The notes beneath the pieces are model-generated. The model made no database searches. It was not told where the DNA came from and saw nothing but the letters and a program-made list of their open reading frames with translations. DNA of 63,377 nucleotides from Octopus bimaculoides. Lineage: Eukaryota. The DNA lies in NCBI RefSeq assembly GCF_001194135.2, contig NC_068993.1, positions 50,023,277-50,086,653 on the forward strand, given 5' to 3'. How positions within the stretch are numbered: the first letter of the stretch is position 1; every line of letters starts with the position of its first letter. Positions 24,021-37,701 of the stretch are shown here, one piece after another. A program made the translations under genes and the position numbers.

Positions 24021-26043
24021 CTCTAGAATACTGACTGCCGTATTAACTCTACAATGTTGTCAGTTAATACTTTCTCTGTGAACTGATAACTATATTTTCT
24101 TTAGAATAACTATGTTAACTGACTCCATTTTTAACTTTACACTATATCTGTTAATTGACAACCATGTTAACTCTAAATTGTTTTCTATTGCGAGCCTGTC
24201 ATGTTAACTCTACAGTATAATCTGTTAACTGATAAAAAAGCAAATAAAAGCAATTATGAGTGTAATGAAATTATTATTTTTTGCAAAAATTGACAGAAAG
24301 GTAGAATTGAAAGAGCAGTGAGTGGAATGTTTTGAAGCACCTAGTTACTTAAGGCAGTGCTCCAGCATGGAATTGATCATGAGGGTAGAAACCAACTAAA
24401 GAACTTGTTTTTCTATATTGTGAGTTTAAAGTCTTTCAAGTCCGACTTAGCATTTTCTTCTTCCTGGGTCACTAAAATAAGAACTAATCAAGCATTGATA
24501 CTAAAGCATACTGATCCCCAAATTTGATGACCTCGTGCCTATATAAGAAATTATGATCATCATCACTTTCTTTGTTATTATTCTTTAACCAAAGATCTGT
24601 TCTGACTGAACAGAGAAATGGTCAAGGATGTTCCTGCCATGACCATCCTTTATTTTTAGGAATATCTGCAACCACATCATCTGTTGTGTCCTTCCCATTT
24701 TTCAGACTGGACTGTGTGTGTTTGAGAGGTTAGGTTGCTATTTTTATCAGGTTGAGCTATCTTGCAAAGGTGTGCACATTAGCTCTTGTTTTGCATGGTG
24801 TGGTTCATTTGTTAGGTGCAGACATTTTATTTGCATGGTTAATTCTCTTTGGAAATACATGAGCATCACACATTCCTATTTCCTTACTTCGTATAAACCA
24901 AAAGAACTAATATCTATGTCAGAAATCATCACTAATATCCAATATTAGTAATATGGTTTCAGTTTGTTTTATTCTGTTGTTTCCAAAGAGACCACTGACT
25001 GTTTCCAAAGTAATTACACCCCTGAACTTTCAATAATTAGACCTCTGACCTTCAGACTGATTTAGCTTGCACTGCAAAAGAACGGAGAGGATTTCAGGTT
25101 CAAGTTGACTTAGCACAGTCCATTGTTAGACAGAGAGAAAATTGACATGATGTCTCTCCCTGCACCTCCTCTCTCACCCCACTCTCTCTCACCCCNNNNN
25201 NNNNNNNNNNNNNNNNNNNNNNNNNNNNNNNNNNNNNNNNNNNNNNNNNNNNNNNNNNNNNNNNNNNNNNNNNNNNNNNNNNNNNNNNNNNNNNNNNNNN
25301 NNNNNNNNNNNNNNNNNNNNNNNNNNNNNNNNNNNNNNNNNNNNNNNNNNNNNNNNNNNNNNNNNNNNNNNNNNNNNNNNNNNNNNNNNNNNNNNNNNNN
25401 NNNNNNNNNNNNNNNNNNNNNNNNNNNNNNNNNNNNNNNNNNNNNNNNNNNNNNNNNNNNNNCTCTCTCTCACCCCTCTCTCTCTCACCCCTCTCTCTCA
25501 CCCCCCCTCTCTCTCTTTCCCTGAAATCATATGTTGTGATGTAACTCAACCTGAGCAATACAAATATATATATATATGCATGTCTGTGTACATATTTATA
25601 TATACATGTGTATACACATATCGATACATCTACACAAGCGTATGTGCAGCTGTATACGTGTATGCCTGCACACTTACATTTATGTGCATGTTTATACGTA
25701 ATGTACATATGCTCACATAAACACACATGTATTTACGTGTGTGTGTATGTACATCTATATATATATTTTCTTTTTTTACTGAGACATAGACACACACATT
25801 CATGTACTGGGTCTCTCCTTATCTGGCTTCATTAAAATGTCTCCACGAAGCTAGAAGTCTGTGGAACGTTCCTGTGAGTTGGTTTTCTGTTTCAGTTCCA
25901 ATAAGTGCACAACAAGTAATATGTTTGAAAAATCTATTTAAAGCATTTAGTTTCAGTGTTTTTCAATCAGACACTTATGGAAACTGAAATATTATACGCG
26001 TGTACAGCATAGTGTTTGTATTCTGCCTCATATGTGGTTGGGT

Positions 26044-26079
<36 letters not shown>

Positions 26080-29000
26080 ATAAAGATATATGTATACACA
26101 CACTTGTCTGTAGAGATTTATGTACATACATGTTTGGATATAAACATCTGAATTTGCATGTGTGTGTATTCATCTGTAATAATCAAATATTTATTGTCTA
26201 TGTGTATGCGTTAGTACATATGCTTATTTGAGTCCTAATATATGAGACAGAAATGTCTGTAAGCCTGTGTCTATGGTAATCAAATATAGTCTGTGTGCAA
26301 GTTAGTCTATGTGCTTTGTCAAATTCAAATGTGTGGACATCTATGTAAGTTTTTCTGAGTATATATTTAGCTGTGTTTGTATATCTTAGTGAATGTGCTT
26401 GATTCATTTCTTCTGTATGGATATGTGTGTGTGTATCTTTACTCATACACATGTCTATGTGTCTTTGCATGCATATGGAAATGTTTGTGTGTGTTCTTCT
26501 CCAGCAGAAGGTACATTTTAATATGTATATGATTGTCAATATTTCACTAGTAAAAGCACTTTCCCCAATTATATTACAAATAATGGTGTTTTCTGTCAAT
26601 GCCATAGTTTAAATGGTGGGAATATGGATGTATGTATGCATGCATAAATGTACGTGTATTATGTGTCTGTCACATAATATGTATGTGTGTATGTCACAAC
26701 AAATAAAACCAAGGGTAAGGGCAGAAGATTCTCTCTTAATACATGTTTTCGTCATTCATTTCCACTTAGTGATGACGCCTCGCCATTACTGGAATCTTTT
26801 CCTCAAGTTTCAAAAGGTTAATGGTCACAAGAAAGTCCATCTAATTTGGTCCGGTGGTCAGTACCCCCACCACTCCTGAACATCTTCCTTCACCCATCCT
26901 ACTAAATGGACTTCATTCACCCCACATCCTCCACTCACCAATACCACCACCACCACCACCATTCGTCCCTATCCACATCCCCATCTTTCCACTTTTATTT
27001 CTGTCAATCTATCTGTATATCCGTCTCTATTTCACCTTTCTTGTTCAATTTGCTCTCACTCTCTCTCTCTCTCTCTCCTCATTTGTTTGTCTTTCATACT
27101 CTCCTCCACACTTTCTGCCCCCTCAATTTTCAGTCCTCTTCCACCATCCTCCTTTCTTTCTACACTCCTTAACGTGTACATTCCCCTCCCACCCTTTCCC
27201 CCNNNNNNNNNNNNNNNNNNNNNNNNNNNNNNNNNNNNNNNNNNNNNNNNNNNNNNNNNNNNNNNNNNNNNNNNNNNNNNNNNNNNNNCCCCCTCACACC
27301 TTTTGCCCACCCCCCTCCTCAGCTTAGTGGTCATACATTTCACTATGACTTATTGTCCAGGAGCAGCTATAAAACCACTGCCAACAGAAAGTATTTTAAA
27401 AGCTGTTGTAATAGTTGCTGCCATCACCCACCCTTGTTCTTCCCACCGACTCCCTACCCACTCTTTGCCACTCTCTCTCTCTCTCTCTCTCTCCCCGTTG
27501 CCCCAAGCAAGATGAACGATTGGTGAGCATGCACCACTTTAGTTCTTCCCTTCAACAAATAAGACTGGAATAGGGTTCAAAAGCAGAACATCCTTGTCAG
27601 AATTGCAGGTGACCTCTCAACAAGGGGGTCTTATGTGGTCAGTTCCTCCATCTTATAACCCATCCCTCCAACTACCTACAACACTGATGGCACAATGACA
27701 GCATCAACACTATCACCCCAACCACCACCACCTCTGCACTCTGCTCTCTTCAGCCTAAGGGGAGGAGATAAGGGATAAGCCTAGAGGCAGAGGAAGGGGA
27801 AGGCAGGTGTGCCTTTATTGTGCATCAGAAAGCCAATGCCAAAGCCCTGTCCCTTCCAAATGTTCAGCCACTTCTTCTGACAGAGCACTTAAAGTTGATT
27901 TCTTTCTGTCAACTTTGGCTCTCATTAAAGTCTCTCACTTTGCTAGTCAGAGTTGGCAACTTGCCTACATTGCAGGCCGACATGCATGCAAACACACACA
28001 CACACACACACTTGTACTCACATACTTACATACAAGCACTCATACATACCCACACATACACACAACTCTCGTACGTGCCATCACACACACTATATACATG
28101 CAAACACTCACACACACTGTCATGCATACTACATACACGCAAACACTTAAATATCCGCAAATACTTACATACACTAACACACACGTGAATACACACAAAC
28201 ATACATACCTTCACGTACAAATCTGCACCTATTCACTTATATACAAACATGCATGCACACCAATGCATCACACATACTTGCATAGACATTCTTTCAGTTT
28301 CTTAAGTTTTCCTCTTTCTGTCAACTTTTCGCTTTTCTCTCTGTCATTTTCCCCCATCTTGTCTTCTTTCGCTGCCCCCATCTCTGTCCCTCTCTGTCTC
28401 TCTCTCTCTTTCCTCCATATCCTGTACCAAGCATCATCTTTTCTAAATCTCTATCCCTTCTATCTCTGTCTCTCAGTTAATTCTTGATTCTCCAGTTGCT
28501 CTTCCCTTTTCTCTCCCCCTTCTCTAGCAAATCTCTTTCTCTTTTCATTGTTATCCGCCACCTTCCCTCTTCCCGCCACACACTGCCTGTTATTGTTAGT
28601 GAAATTGCTTGCATTACTTGTCAGTCAGTAGCCTCCTCCCACAGACATGAAATTCCTTGCTGTAAATGATTCGGTTCATTTACTAGTAGGACAGCCGTCA
28701 ATTATAAAGCAGTGTTTCACAGCAGACTGTTTGATTCGTCAAGCCTGGGTGTTACTAATCTGACTAAAGACCCGATAAGAACAAACTGCACCTCACCATC
28801 ACTCTCTCTGTTTCTCAGCTTTCATTTCCAAAAGATGTAGAAGACATATTCAGCTTCCAAACATCAAAACTTCAATTCAACAGTGAGAATGCCAAAGATA
28901 CCACATGTCACAACTCCAAATTTGGTTTATACTAATGGGGCTTTTTTGTAAAAAGCAGATGCGAAAATCTTTATTATTTTTGGTCTTTAATACAAGACAT

Positions 29001-29934
29001 TGTAACTGTTCCCCCCCCCTCTCTCCCTCACACACACACGCACACACACACAAGGACAGTATAGGCATAGATTTTGTAGCTTAGCCCAAATTCAATCCTG
29101 ATCAAGTAGGCTTATGGACAGAAGCATTTTAACTGCAGTCATCTTATATTTTTAAACATGGTGTATTTTCTAAGAAGTTTTTTTTCTTCGTTTTCTAAAA
29201 AATATATGGCAGATGTTATTTGATGGAAATCAGGCTTCTATTTCTATCAGGTCGAGTCACTGCATAAAGACTCTGTCATTAGCAGCAAGTGTGTTGAGTT
29301 GATGGGATGTGTTAATGTCAACATGTTTACTAGTTATAGAAAAAAAGTAGTTTTCCATCTACATATAGTATGGCAAGTGCTGATTGCCAGTATCAGAGAA
29401 CTTGAGTCTTCCTTGACTTTCACTCTGTAATTTGTTTGACGACAATTCTTTGCTCGCCTAAGTTTATGAAGTTGTTTTCTCCTTCCCCTTGTCCTATACA
29501 TTTGATTTACATATAAAGAGCAAAACAACACAAAACATACATACAAATCTATAAACAGTTTAGGCTTTTAGTTTCTGTGTTAGTTGCCTTAGTCTTTTAT
29601 CCTTAAGAATAAGCAACTAATTCTAATATAGTGAACTGGAATCAGAGTCAACTGAATTGTAACCCCTGACCACTTCTTTTTGTCTCTAAAAGAAGTTATC
29701 AATGTATTAGTAGAAATGGTAAAATAACTGTACTAAACATGATTCCGTATTATGTTTTGTCTGTAAATGTTCTCAATTCAAATCTTGTAGTAATCAACTA
29801 CAATTAATCCCCCCAGAGTTGATAAAATAAGTGCTAGTCATGTACTGAAATAGATTCAATTAACTTCATGACCCATCCCAAACATATTTAGGAGCTTTCA
29901 CCAAAGTTGGAATCATCATCATCATCATTTGTGT

Positions 29935-30085
29935 TATTAGGGTGTTGGCTCAACAAAATTGGAGTGTTCAACATAGCACTTAACTGCGTTCCTTCTGGCT
30001 CTTTTACATTCTGAGTTCAAGTACAACCAAGGTTAATTTTATTTTTCATCTTTCCAAAGTTGATAAAATAAAATACCAGTCGTAG
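29935..30085 (+). mobile_element. Decayed family F SINE
   Basis: TTCTGAGTTCAAG..TTTCATCTTTCCAAAGTTGATAAAATAAAATACCAG. Confidence 0.6.
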
Positions 30086-30089
30086 CCAT

Positions 30090-30252
30090 TTGATATGTGT
30101 AAAAAGAATATATCCTACTGTATTTTTATTAGATATTATTGAGAATTGTATAAAGAAATTAAAGTATTTTGTGTATTATACAAATATAAGCAATTTATTA
30201 CACATAAATTTTAACAACAAAATGTTATATGGCCCCCAGTTGAGAACCCCTG
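30090..30252. mobile_element. One-ended hAT-Charlie MITE remnant
   Basis: Terminus GTTGAGAACCCCTG followed by CTCTAAAC; partner TIR not found. Confidence 0.5.
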
Positions 30253-30486
30253 CTCTAAACCGAATCAGCAACAGCTTTGGCCTGGATTATTTTTGGTTAT
30301 GAGATGGCAGGTATTTTCAAAGAAATAAGATGCATAAAATTTGTTGTTTATAAATATTAAAAAAAAATTACATGCTATTGATCTACTGCTGTATTAATAC
30401 TATTGCTACAAGACCCACAAGGCCCTATCCTATATTTTTATTAATGCATTGTCATTTATAATGATGAATAGAAGCCAGTTGTTTGT

Positions 30487-30545
30487 GTTTGCTTCAACCA
30501 GGTTTGCTTCAACCAGGTTTGCTTCAACCAGGTTTGCTTCAACCA
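30487..30545 (+). repeat. 15-bp minisatellite, 4 copies
   Basis: (GGTTTGCTTCAACCA)x4, perfect apart from the first G. Confidence 0.95.
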
Positions 30546-32660
30546 AGCAGACAAATGATCAAATGCATTCTATCATCATCCAAATTTTTATTCACATGTA
30601 GTGTTTATGGGACTACATTACCTAATGTATCTCTTACTTTTTCATAAGACTGTAGGGTGTGATTGATTTGGAAGAGACTTGGCTGCTATATTTGGTAATT
30701 CAAGCAACCATATAGAAGCATGCAGTGATCAGCATGCAACTGAGGATGCCCAGTCACATATACACATTTAAATTAGATAGACATGATGGTAAAGACACAT
30801 TTTATGTTGATACAACAATGCAAAGTTACAGCTTAGTTTGACTCTAATTATTAGCAAACAAAAGCTGTGGTTAGCGCTGTGTGTTGGCACATATTAAAAC
30901 ATTATCAACATTTGTAATATATTGTTATAATTTTCAAATAAATTTCAAATAATATATTTATCCTAAATAAACTGTCTTTTGTTTGATATTTAGTATTGAT
31001 TTCTTTTGACATTAAATAAATACTAATTAGCTGCAATAAAAGTTTTTAAAAATTGTTATTTCATGACTGTTGAATGTATGTATTGGTGTGTAGCACTTAA
31101 CACAGCCCTTGGTATTATGATATTGGCTATGAACCAATGACAGTGTCTCTCTATGTGGTTATTAGACCTGAGAGAAATAGCAATGAATTTCTCTGAAATT
31201 ACATTTTTCTCTCCTAACAAGCAAAAGTACATACTATATAATATAGTCCCTGATATAAAAATCTTTGGTCATGGTTGGTCATGACTGGAATGACTTTGAT
31301 CATAAGTCTACTCAAACAAGATTGACCTGGGGTTAAACAACCACAGCAATATCAGTTAGTTATTGTGGTAAATATAAAATTGAACCAGTTCTTCAAACAA
31401 AAAAAAAAGTCTTTCTGTAGCAACTTAAACAGTATGGAGTATGCTGTTCTCTACAACGGTTCCTTGTTACCAATGAAGATAATTTCTGTTTGATGTGTGA
31501 AAATAGAATTTATCTAGTGACACTTTTAATCAATATTGCAATGTCTCTTTTAGGAATTCACTCAGGAAAAATTGCTACTCAAATATTTAACATGTGTATC
31601 AGTCTATAAAATAGATAAAGTATCTTGTGCGAGAACTACCTCTGAACAGACTACATATTATTATAGGCAACATGCAAAAGCAACCATGTCAATTAAGATA
31701 TAACTATTCAGATGTTTGGTAGTTCAAGGAATAGTTAGATTTCTCTTTCTTTCCCTCTCTTGTTTCTCGGGGAATACCTCTACTGCTTAGTACAAGAGTT
31801 ATGTAAATAAGACATAATAAAACCTGTGAAAATATGGCTGCTAGCAGCTGGATTCTTGCTTTGGCTTCCAGTTTGTCACCTTACTGAGCAAATATCATTT
31901 CCTGACACTTCACAAAAAGGGTTATAATTTAACTTGGGATGGGGAAGATATGGAGGAAGAAAGAGAGAGAGAGAGAGTAGAAACGACTGTGTCAATAGGG
32001 TGAGGTGGAAAGTAAAAAGAACAGAGAGAGAGAGAGAGAGAGTAGAAAGGGCAGAAGAGATGGAAAGAGAAAAATCTAAACCTTATCATTAATAACAATA
32101 ATGCTGGTCTGTCATAAAAACTTCCGCAAAAATTGGTGTTAGTTTTCTTTTTTTCTTTTTATTCACTTTTTATTTATATTTGCACAAGTGTGTTGATAGA
32201 TCACTCTTTGCCAGTCCAACCTACTCCAATCACATAAACTGTTTTGTTTTTTTTTCTTTACTTTTATTTATTATTTTTTTGAATTTTTTTTATTTTTGTT
32301 GTATTAAAATCATTACGTTAAAATCATTTCAGAATGAGAACTTTCTTCTGTATTGTTATTGTCAATGCTTTTGATACTCTCTGGATGTAAAAATATTTGC
32401 CCCCCGCCCCCTGCAACAGTTCAGCAAACAAATAATTTTAATGGAGACCCTGTTGCTGTATTCAGTGGTATTATAGACAACAGGTTCAAATCCTAGTTTT
32501 CTTCTTATCACCTAATTGATGATCGATTTGAATTGCTGGAAACCCAATTGGAAACTTTAGTTTTCAGAGTGTACTCTGTGCATTTTATTATGGCACTCAG
32601 CGCTAGAAATGTTATCATGCCCTTGACGAGTAATAAACTTCTAATAGTGTACTGGTTGTA

Positions 32661-32748
32661 TTTTATCATAATACCAACACTAGTAAAGTTAGCTTATATC
32701 CCGCAAGTATACAAAGCAATTTTATAGTGTTGGTATCATGCCAAAATA
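32661..32748. ncRNA. pre-miRNA-like hairpin (candidate)
   Basis: CATAATACCAACACTAGTAAAGTTAGCTT pairs with AAGCAATTTTATAGTGTTGGTATCATG; about 30-bp stem with small bulges, short loop, basal extension TATTTT/AAAATA; no match to conserved miRNAs I recall. Confidence 0.25.
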
Positions 32749-33029
32749 TTGTCACTATTTGTTCCTCTGGTCAGTGCAGTCAATAAAGTGGGTAGAAAAG
32801 AAGGTGATTGCAGCAGATAATTTTGGATAAGCTGGTCAAAGAAGTATTAGTATGAAGGTTGAAAGAGAGTGACTGAAGCGACAGTATAGAAAAGAGGCAG
32901 AAATGAGAGAGACTGGTGATAGGGTAATAAAAAAAAAGAGAAGGGCATGATATACATATCAAAAGAATCAGAGGGCCTTCCAAAGCAAAAATCTCATAAG
33001 ATCAGTTTCTTGAATTCTGCGACATATAT

Positions 33030-33200
33030 ATTAGCCCGTCGACAGGACTCTGTCCATTGCAGGAAGTACTCAATTACGCCAGCTGAGTTCATTGAAGCAA
33101 TGTGAAATGTGCTTTGCTCAAGAGCTCAATATATCGTTTGGCCCAGGAATTGACACCATAGTCTTACAATCTTGAGTACAACACCTTAACCACTTTATAC
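33030..33200 (-). mobile_element. tRNA-derived SINE (family D-like)
   Basis: CCAGCTGAGTTCATTGAAGCAATGTGAAATGTGCTTTGCTCAAG..CCAGGAATTGACACC; another copy on + at about 38885-39095. Confidence 0.6.
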
Positions 33201-33827
33201 CAACATCAAACTGCGACACTATATGACCTTCTTTGACCAAGCGCAACCCACCTTACGGTAGTAACAATCGACTTCTCTCATTCAAATTTAAAATGGCTGA
33301 AGATTAACATCATGAACACACACACATATATACGTATATATATATATATATATATATATATNNNNNNNNNNNNNNNNNNNNNNNNNNNNNNNNNNNNNNN
33401 NNNNNNNNNNNNNNNNNNNNNNNNNNNNNNNNNNNNNNNNNNNNNNNNNNNNNNNNNNNNNNNNNNNNNNNNNNNNNNNNNNNNNNNNNNNNNNNNNNNN
33501 NNNNNNNNNNNNNNNNNNNNNNNNNNNNNNNNNNNNNNNNNNNNNNNNNNNNNNNNNNNNNNNNNNNNNNNNNNNNNNNNNNNNNNNNNNNNNNNNNNNN
33601 NNNNNNNNNNNNNNNNNNNNNNNNNNNNNNNNAGATGAAGAAGGGCTCATAACCCCAAAATACTGAAACCTAAGGTAAAACTTCAACTGTTGTTCCATTT
33701 TCATTTTTGTTTGCTTTGTATGTGACCTCACATTATTTCTAACTTATTTCACAAGTCTAACCAATATGTAATTATACACGTGAGTGTGTGTGTGTATACG
33801 CATATACATGCATTTATGTGCACACAC

Positions 33828-33893
<66 letters not shown>

Positions 33894-33908
33894 GATCATC
33901 CTCTTCAG

Positions 33909-34142
33909 CATCATTTTAATGTCCACTTTTCTTGGGTTGGGAAGAGTTTATTGAGGCAGATTTTCTACAGTTGGATGCCCTTCATGTCTCTTACCCTCAA
34001 GCAAGGCAATATTTCCTCATGGCCAGACATGTTCTTGCAGAATACTGCAAATAAATGACACTGCTTGTAGGATATTGACAATTATTTTCAACTATGATGT
34101 GATACCAAGACAAAGACACACACACACACACACACACATACA

Positions 34143-34173
<31 letters not shown>

Positions 34174-34335
34174 GATGGGTTTCTTCCGGTTTCCATCTAC
34201 TCAATCCTCTTTAAAGGCTTTGATTGACCTGGGGCTACAGTGGAAGACATTTTTCCAAGATGCCACACAGTGGAACTGAACCCAAAATCATATGGTTGTG
34301 AAGCAAACTTTTCAACCACTGCCGCACCTGCACCT
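33909..34335 (-). mobile_element. Composite SINE head A + (CA)n(CATA)n + tail B
   Basis: Reverse complement of both modules: TTTTCTACAGTTGGATGCCCTTC; GGAACTGAACCCAAAATCATATGGTTG. Confidence 0.8.
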
Positions 34336-34727
34336 ATTCCATGTATGTGTGTAAGTGTGTGTGAGTGCATGCACGCACATTTAGGCTCATAAAAAAAGGG
34401 ACGGGAAAAGTACTGAAATGAACTGAATATATGTGTGCTTCAAAACATCATAGGGATTGGACAGTGTGTGGGTGATAGGAACGTGACTTATGAATAAATT
34501 TGAAAAACGGGTTGGTGTGGTCAATGGTACATATTAGAAAACTGGTAGAGAGAGAGAGAGAGAAATGTTCTGTTGCCGGCAGTATCATCCAACTTGTGCT
34601 TACACACACACTGGCAGAATGGGGTTGCATTAAGACACTACTTTATATAATAACTGCAATAATGATAGATATTCCTCTTATACTTCTACAATGCAGAGCC
34701 TGATTTCTTGACTCCTCTACTACTTAT

Positions 34728-34833
<106 letters not shown>

Positions 34834-35095
34834 AATATATATACATATGTATGTATCATTGAAGCTGTACACCTCTGATATAGACACATATCTACTACTG
34901 ACGGGAATATATTAACAATCTTCTTTAATGTGAATTTTTGGAGGATATATCTATATGGTTCTTTTTTTTTTTTTCTTTTTTTTTTACATATTTTTAAATT
35001 TTGTTAATTTTTGTTTCCTTTCTTCTTATGAATTACATATCATTTTCACATCTGAAGCAAGCTAATTCATACCTAAAGCCTGGGTTACTTTCCAG

Positions 35096-35110
35096 GCGAT
35101 TTAATTAAAG
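35096..35110 (+). other. Candidate 15-nt microexon (phase 1-1, xDLIKx)
   Basis: TTACTTTCCAG|GCGATTTAATTAAAG|GTAGGC; CTAAT at 35062; long T-rich tract upstream. Confidence 0.2.
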
Positions 35111-37631
35111 GTAGGCAAATACTTTAGCTCGCATTCCTTCTCTCCCTAATTATCTAACATATGTTTGTTAAAAAAAAATATTCACAAAATAAATAACTTG
35201 GAAAAATGTGAAAGTAAAGTGTAAGTTTAGTACCAATGAATATAACAACATATTTACATCATCTGGAAACCACAAAACTGCAAAACTGCAAAAGTAATAC
35301 TAATAATAAGTAAAGAGAAAGAATTCTTGAAAAAAAGAAGATTGTGTATCTTCAAGTGAGAGAGAGAGAAATGTAAAGGGGGAAAAAAATGTACAAAATA
35401 TTTTGTAGCCATATCATATTCAATGAATTAATATCTGTGATTCCTAAAGCAGATTTAACGTGTGTCTGTGTCTGTGTGAGTGTGTATGTATAAAATTGTA
35501 TGTAACTTTACTCTAATGATTGCTGAAAGATGTGATATCCAAACTTTAATGACTACACCAGTATCCCAACCTTAATTCAGTAGGTTTAAGCAGCATTTTG
35601 GTTTGGTTCACGTCTTATAGAAAAACTAATCTCTGCAAAAAGTACTCCTATGTAGATTCATTACACACTCTGCTTGCTGCATGATGGAAACTTTTTTTAA
35701 GACCTGACTTTCCTGCTATTGCTGTAGTTTGATTCGTTGTAGTCAAAGCTCATCCTATTGTAAATTAACCATATTTTCTGTTCAAGACATCACAGTATCT
35801 CACTCTGCATCTTTTTCATTCTTGATTTATTTATTTTTTGTTCTCACATTTTCTTACATACATTTTGATACAATAAATTAGCGTTACAGATTTTTGTTAC
35901 TTTGCCAAAATTAAGCATAATCAACCCTAGATGATATTTAGATGGTTAATCATTTTGCAGTTAGATTTGATTAATTAGTAATGAAGTGTTAAAGCAGCTT
36001 TAATCAGCTCAGATAATCAACATGTCTCATTTGCACCTTAACAATGTCATGTTTGTATTCCACATTTAAAAATAATTAAAAAAAAAAATATTGCTTTGCT
36101 TTTTCTTCCTTTGAGAACTGCTTTGAAAGAAAGCCTAGTAAAGAATTAATATAAGTTGTCAACAAAGGTGGTGTATGTAAATATAATTATACAATCTTCA
36201 GCAATGCTACAGTGTTAGTTATTATAGTAACAACGGTAGATAGATGAGAGATGTCTGATAGTGATAAATAATAAATAATCCTATTTTGAGATTTTTTATA
36301 TCATAAATACAGTGATTTTTAAGGTCCTCTCTGATTGACAGGGATATCCTGTGAGTACTTCTTTGAACTTTTAAATATGTGATCTGAATTGATGGAAGAA
36401 ATTGATGAATGGAAACCGTGATTGAACAATAGCAGGGTGAGAACAAGTGAGAGAGATATAGAGGGGGAAATATGCCATTTAAACTGACCATTTGCCAGTT
36501 TTAATTAAGAAGAGATAATTCCTTTTGACTATAAATATATTTAAGGGACTGTAGGGTACTCTGTTATTTAAAGCAAATGAGAGACAAATCTTCCCTTGGA
36601 CATGTTACTAATTTGTTGTAGATAACTTTAGACTGATATTGTAAACCAGAGATGTTTAAACTATCATACCTAGAGAGACAGCAAAATTGTATGCCTTCAA
36701 TTTGATCTCACAAACTTGGAGATTTCTCTTGTACATTGTGGTGCTGGCAGTGCCTCTGGTGCTAGTCAGCAGTAGCGAGTCATCGTCTGTCATCACTAAG
36801 GAAATATCTTAAATTGCAGAAAGATTTCTGCTTTAATCATAACTATGAAATATGAAACCTTTCTTCTATTATATTATCGTCCTTATTTGTTATTCCTACT
36901 AATGATCTAATGTTGTAAGGTTTGTATTGAAGAATACAATTGGTTTCTTAACTCTCATGTTGTGTAAAATATCCTGAAGAAGTTGTAAATTACTACAAAT
37001 CAGGATGTGCCGTTGTTCCCTTGTTAATCACCACAGATACAATTCACTAAAACCACTTACACCAATTCACTTATGTTCCTGTAAATGTTAACCTTTGACC
37101 AATGACCTAAGTTCTGTGTCAAAGTAAACACACTCACACATATGGACACACACATACATACACATAGGCATACTCTAGATAACTACTGTTAATACCAGCC
37201 TGTTGAGTTTTTCTGAACTTTGACCTTTTAATTAGGATACAACTACAGAAGTATGTTTCATGTCTGTAATCAGGGTGAACTATTAGAACAAGATATTATT
37301 GAGTGTGATTGAAAATGAACAAAGCTATTCCTCGTTGGTTTAGTAACAGTGCTTATTACAGCTCCAGGGACTTGAATCATTCATAAAAGATCCTTGTATT
37401 ATTGTTCTCTTTGTAACTTTCCATTTAAATTATCTGTGTTAGGGATGGTAGAGGCTATCATTCAACCTACAAGCCAAAACTGAATAACAGTTTGCATAAG
37501 GTCATATTAAACCAGTTAAGAATCTCATTTTCCTCTTCCATTAAATCTATGATCTAACTAATCAGCTCCATCTTGATTAAAATATCAACAATTCTGAAGT
37601 AAAATTTTGCTTTTCTATTCATGGCAGAAGA

Positions 37632-37701
37632 GTGAGAGATTTGGAACTGTTGTGGTTGTTAAGATGTGAGAGAGGTGGAACTGTTGTGGTTGTTAAGATG
37701 T
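37632..37701 (+). repeat. 34-bp tandem duplication
   Basis: GTGAGAGA..TGGAACTGTTGTGGTTGTTAAGAT x2. Confidence 0.9.

Noticed and set aside
33634-33680. TGAAGAAGGGCTCATAACCCCAAAA as a Penelope/hammerhead tail
   Set aside because: The core is incomplete (no CTGA, no GAAA at the right place) and the upstream context is lost in the gap
36960-37240. Helentron/pearl-like element suggested by CCTTTGACC..TGACCT motifs
   Set aside because: Too degenerate; no sub-terminal inverted repeats or 3' hairpin identified
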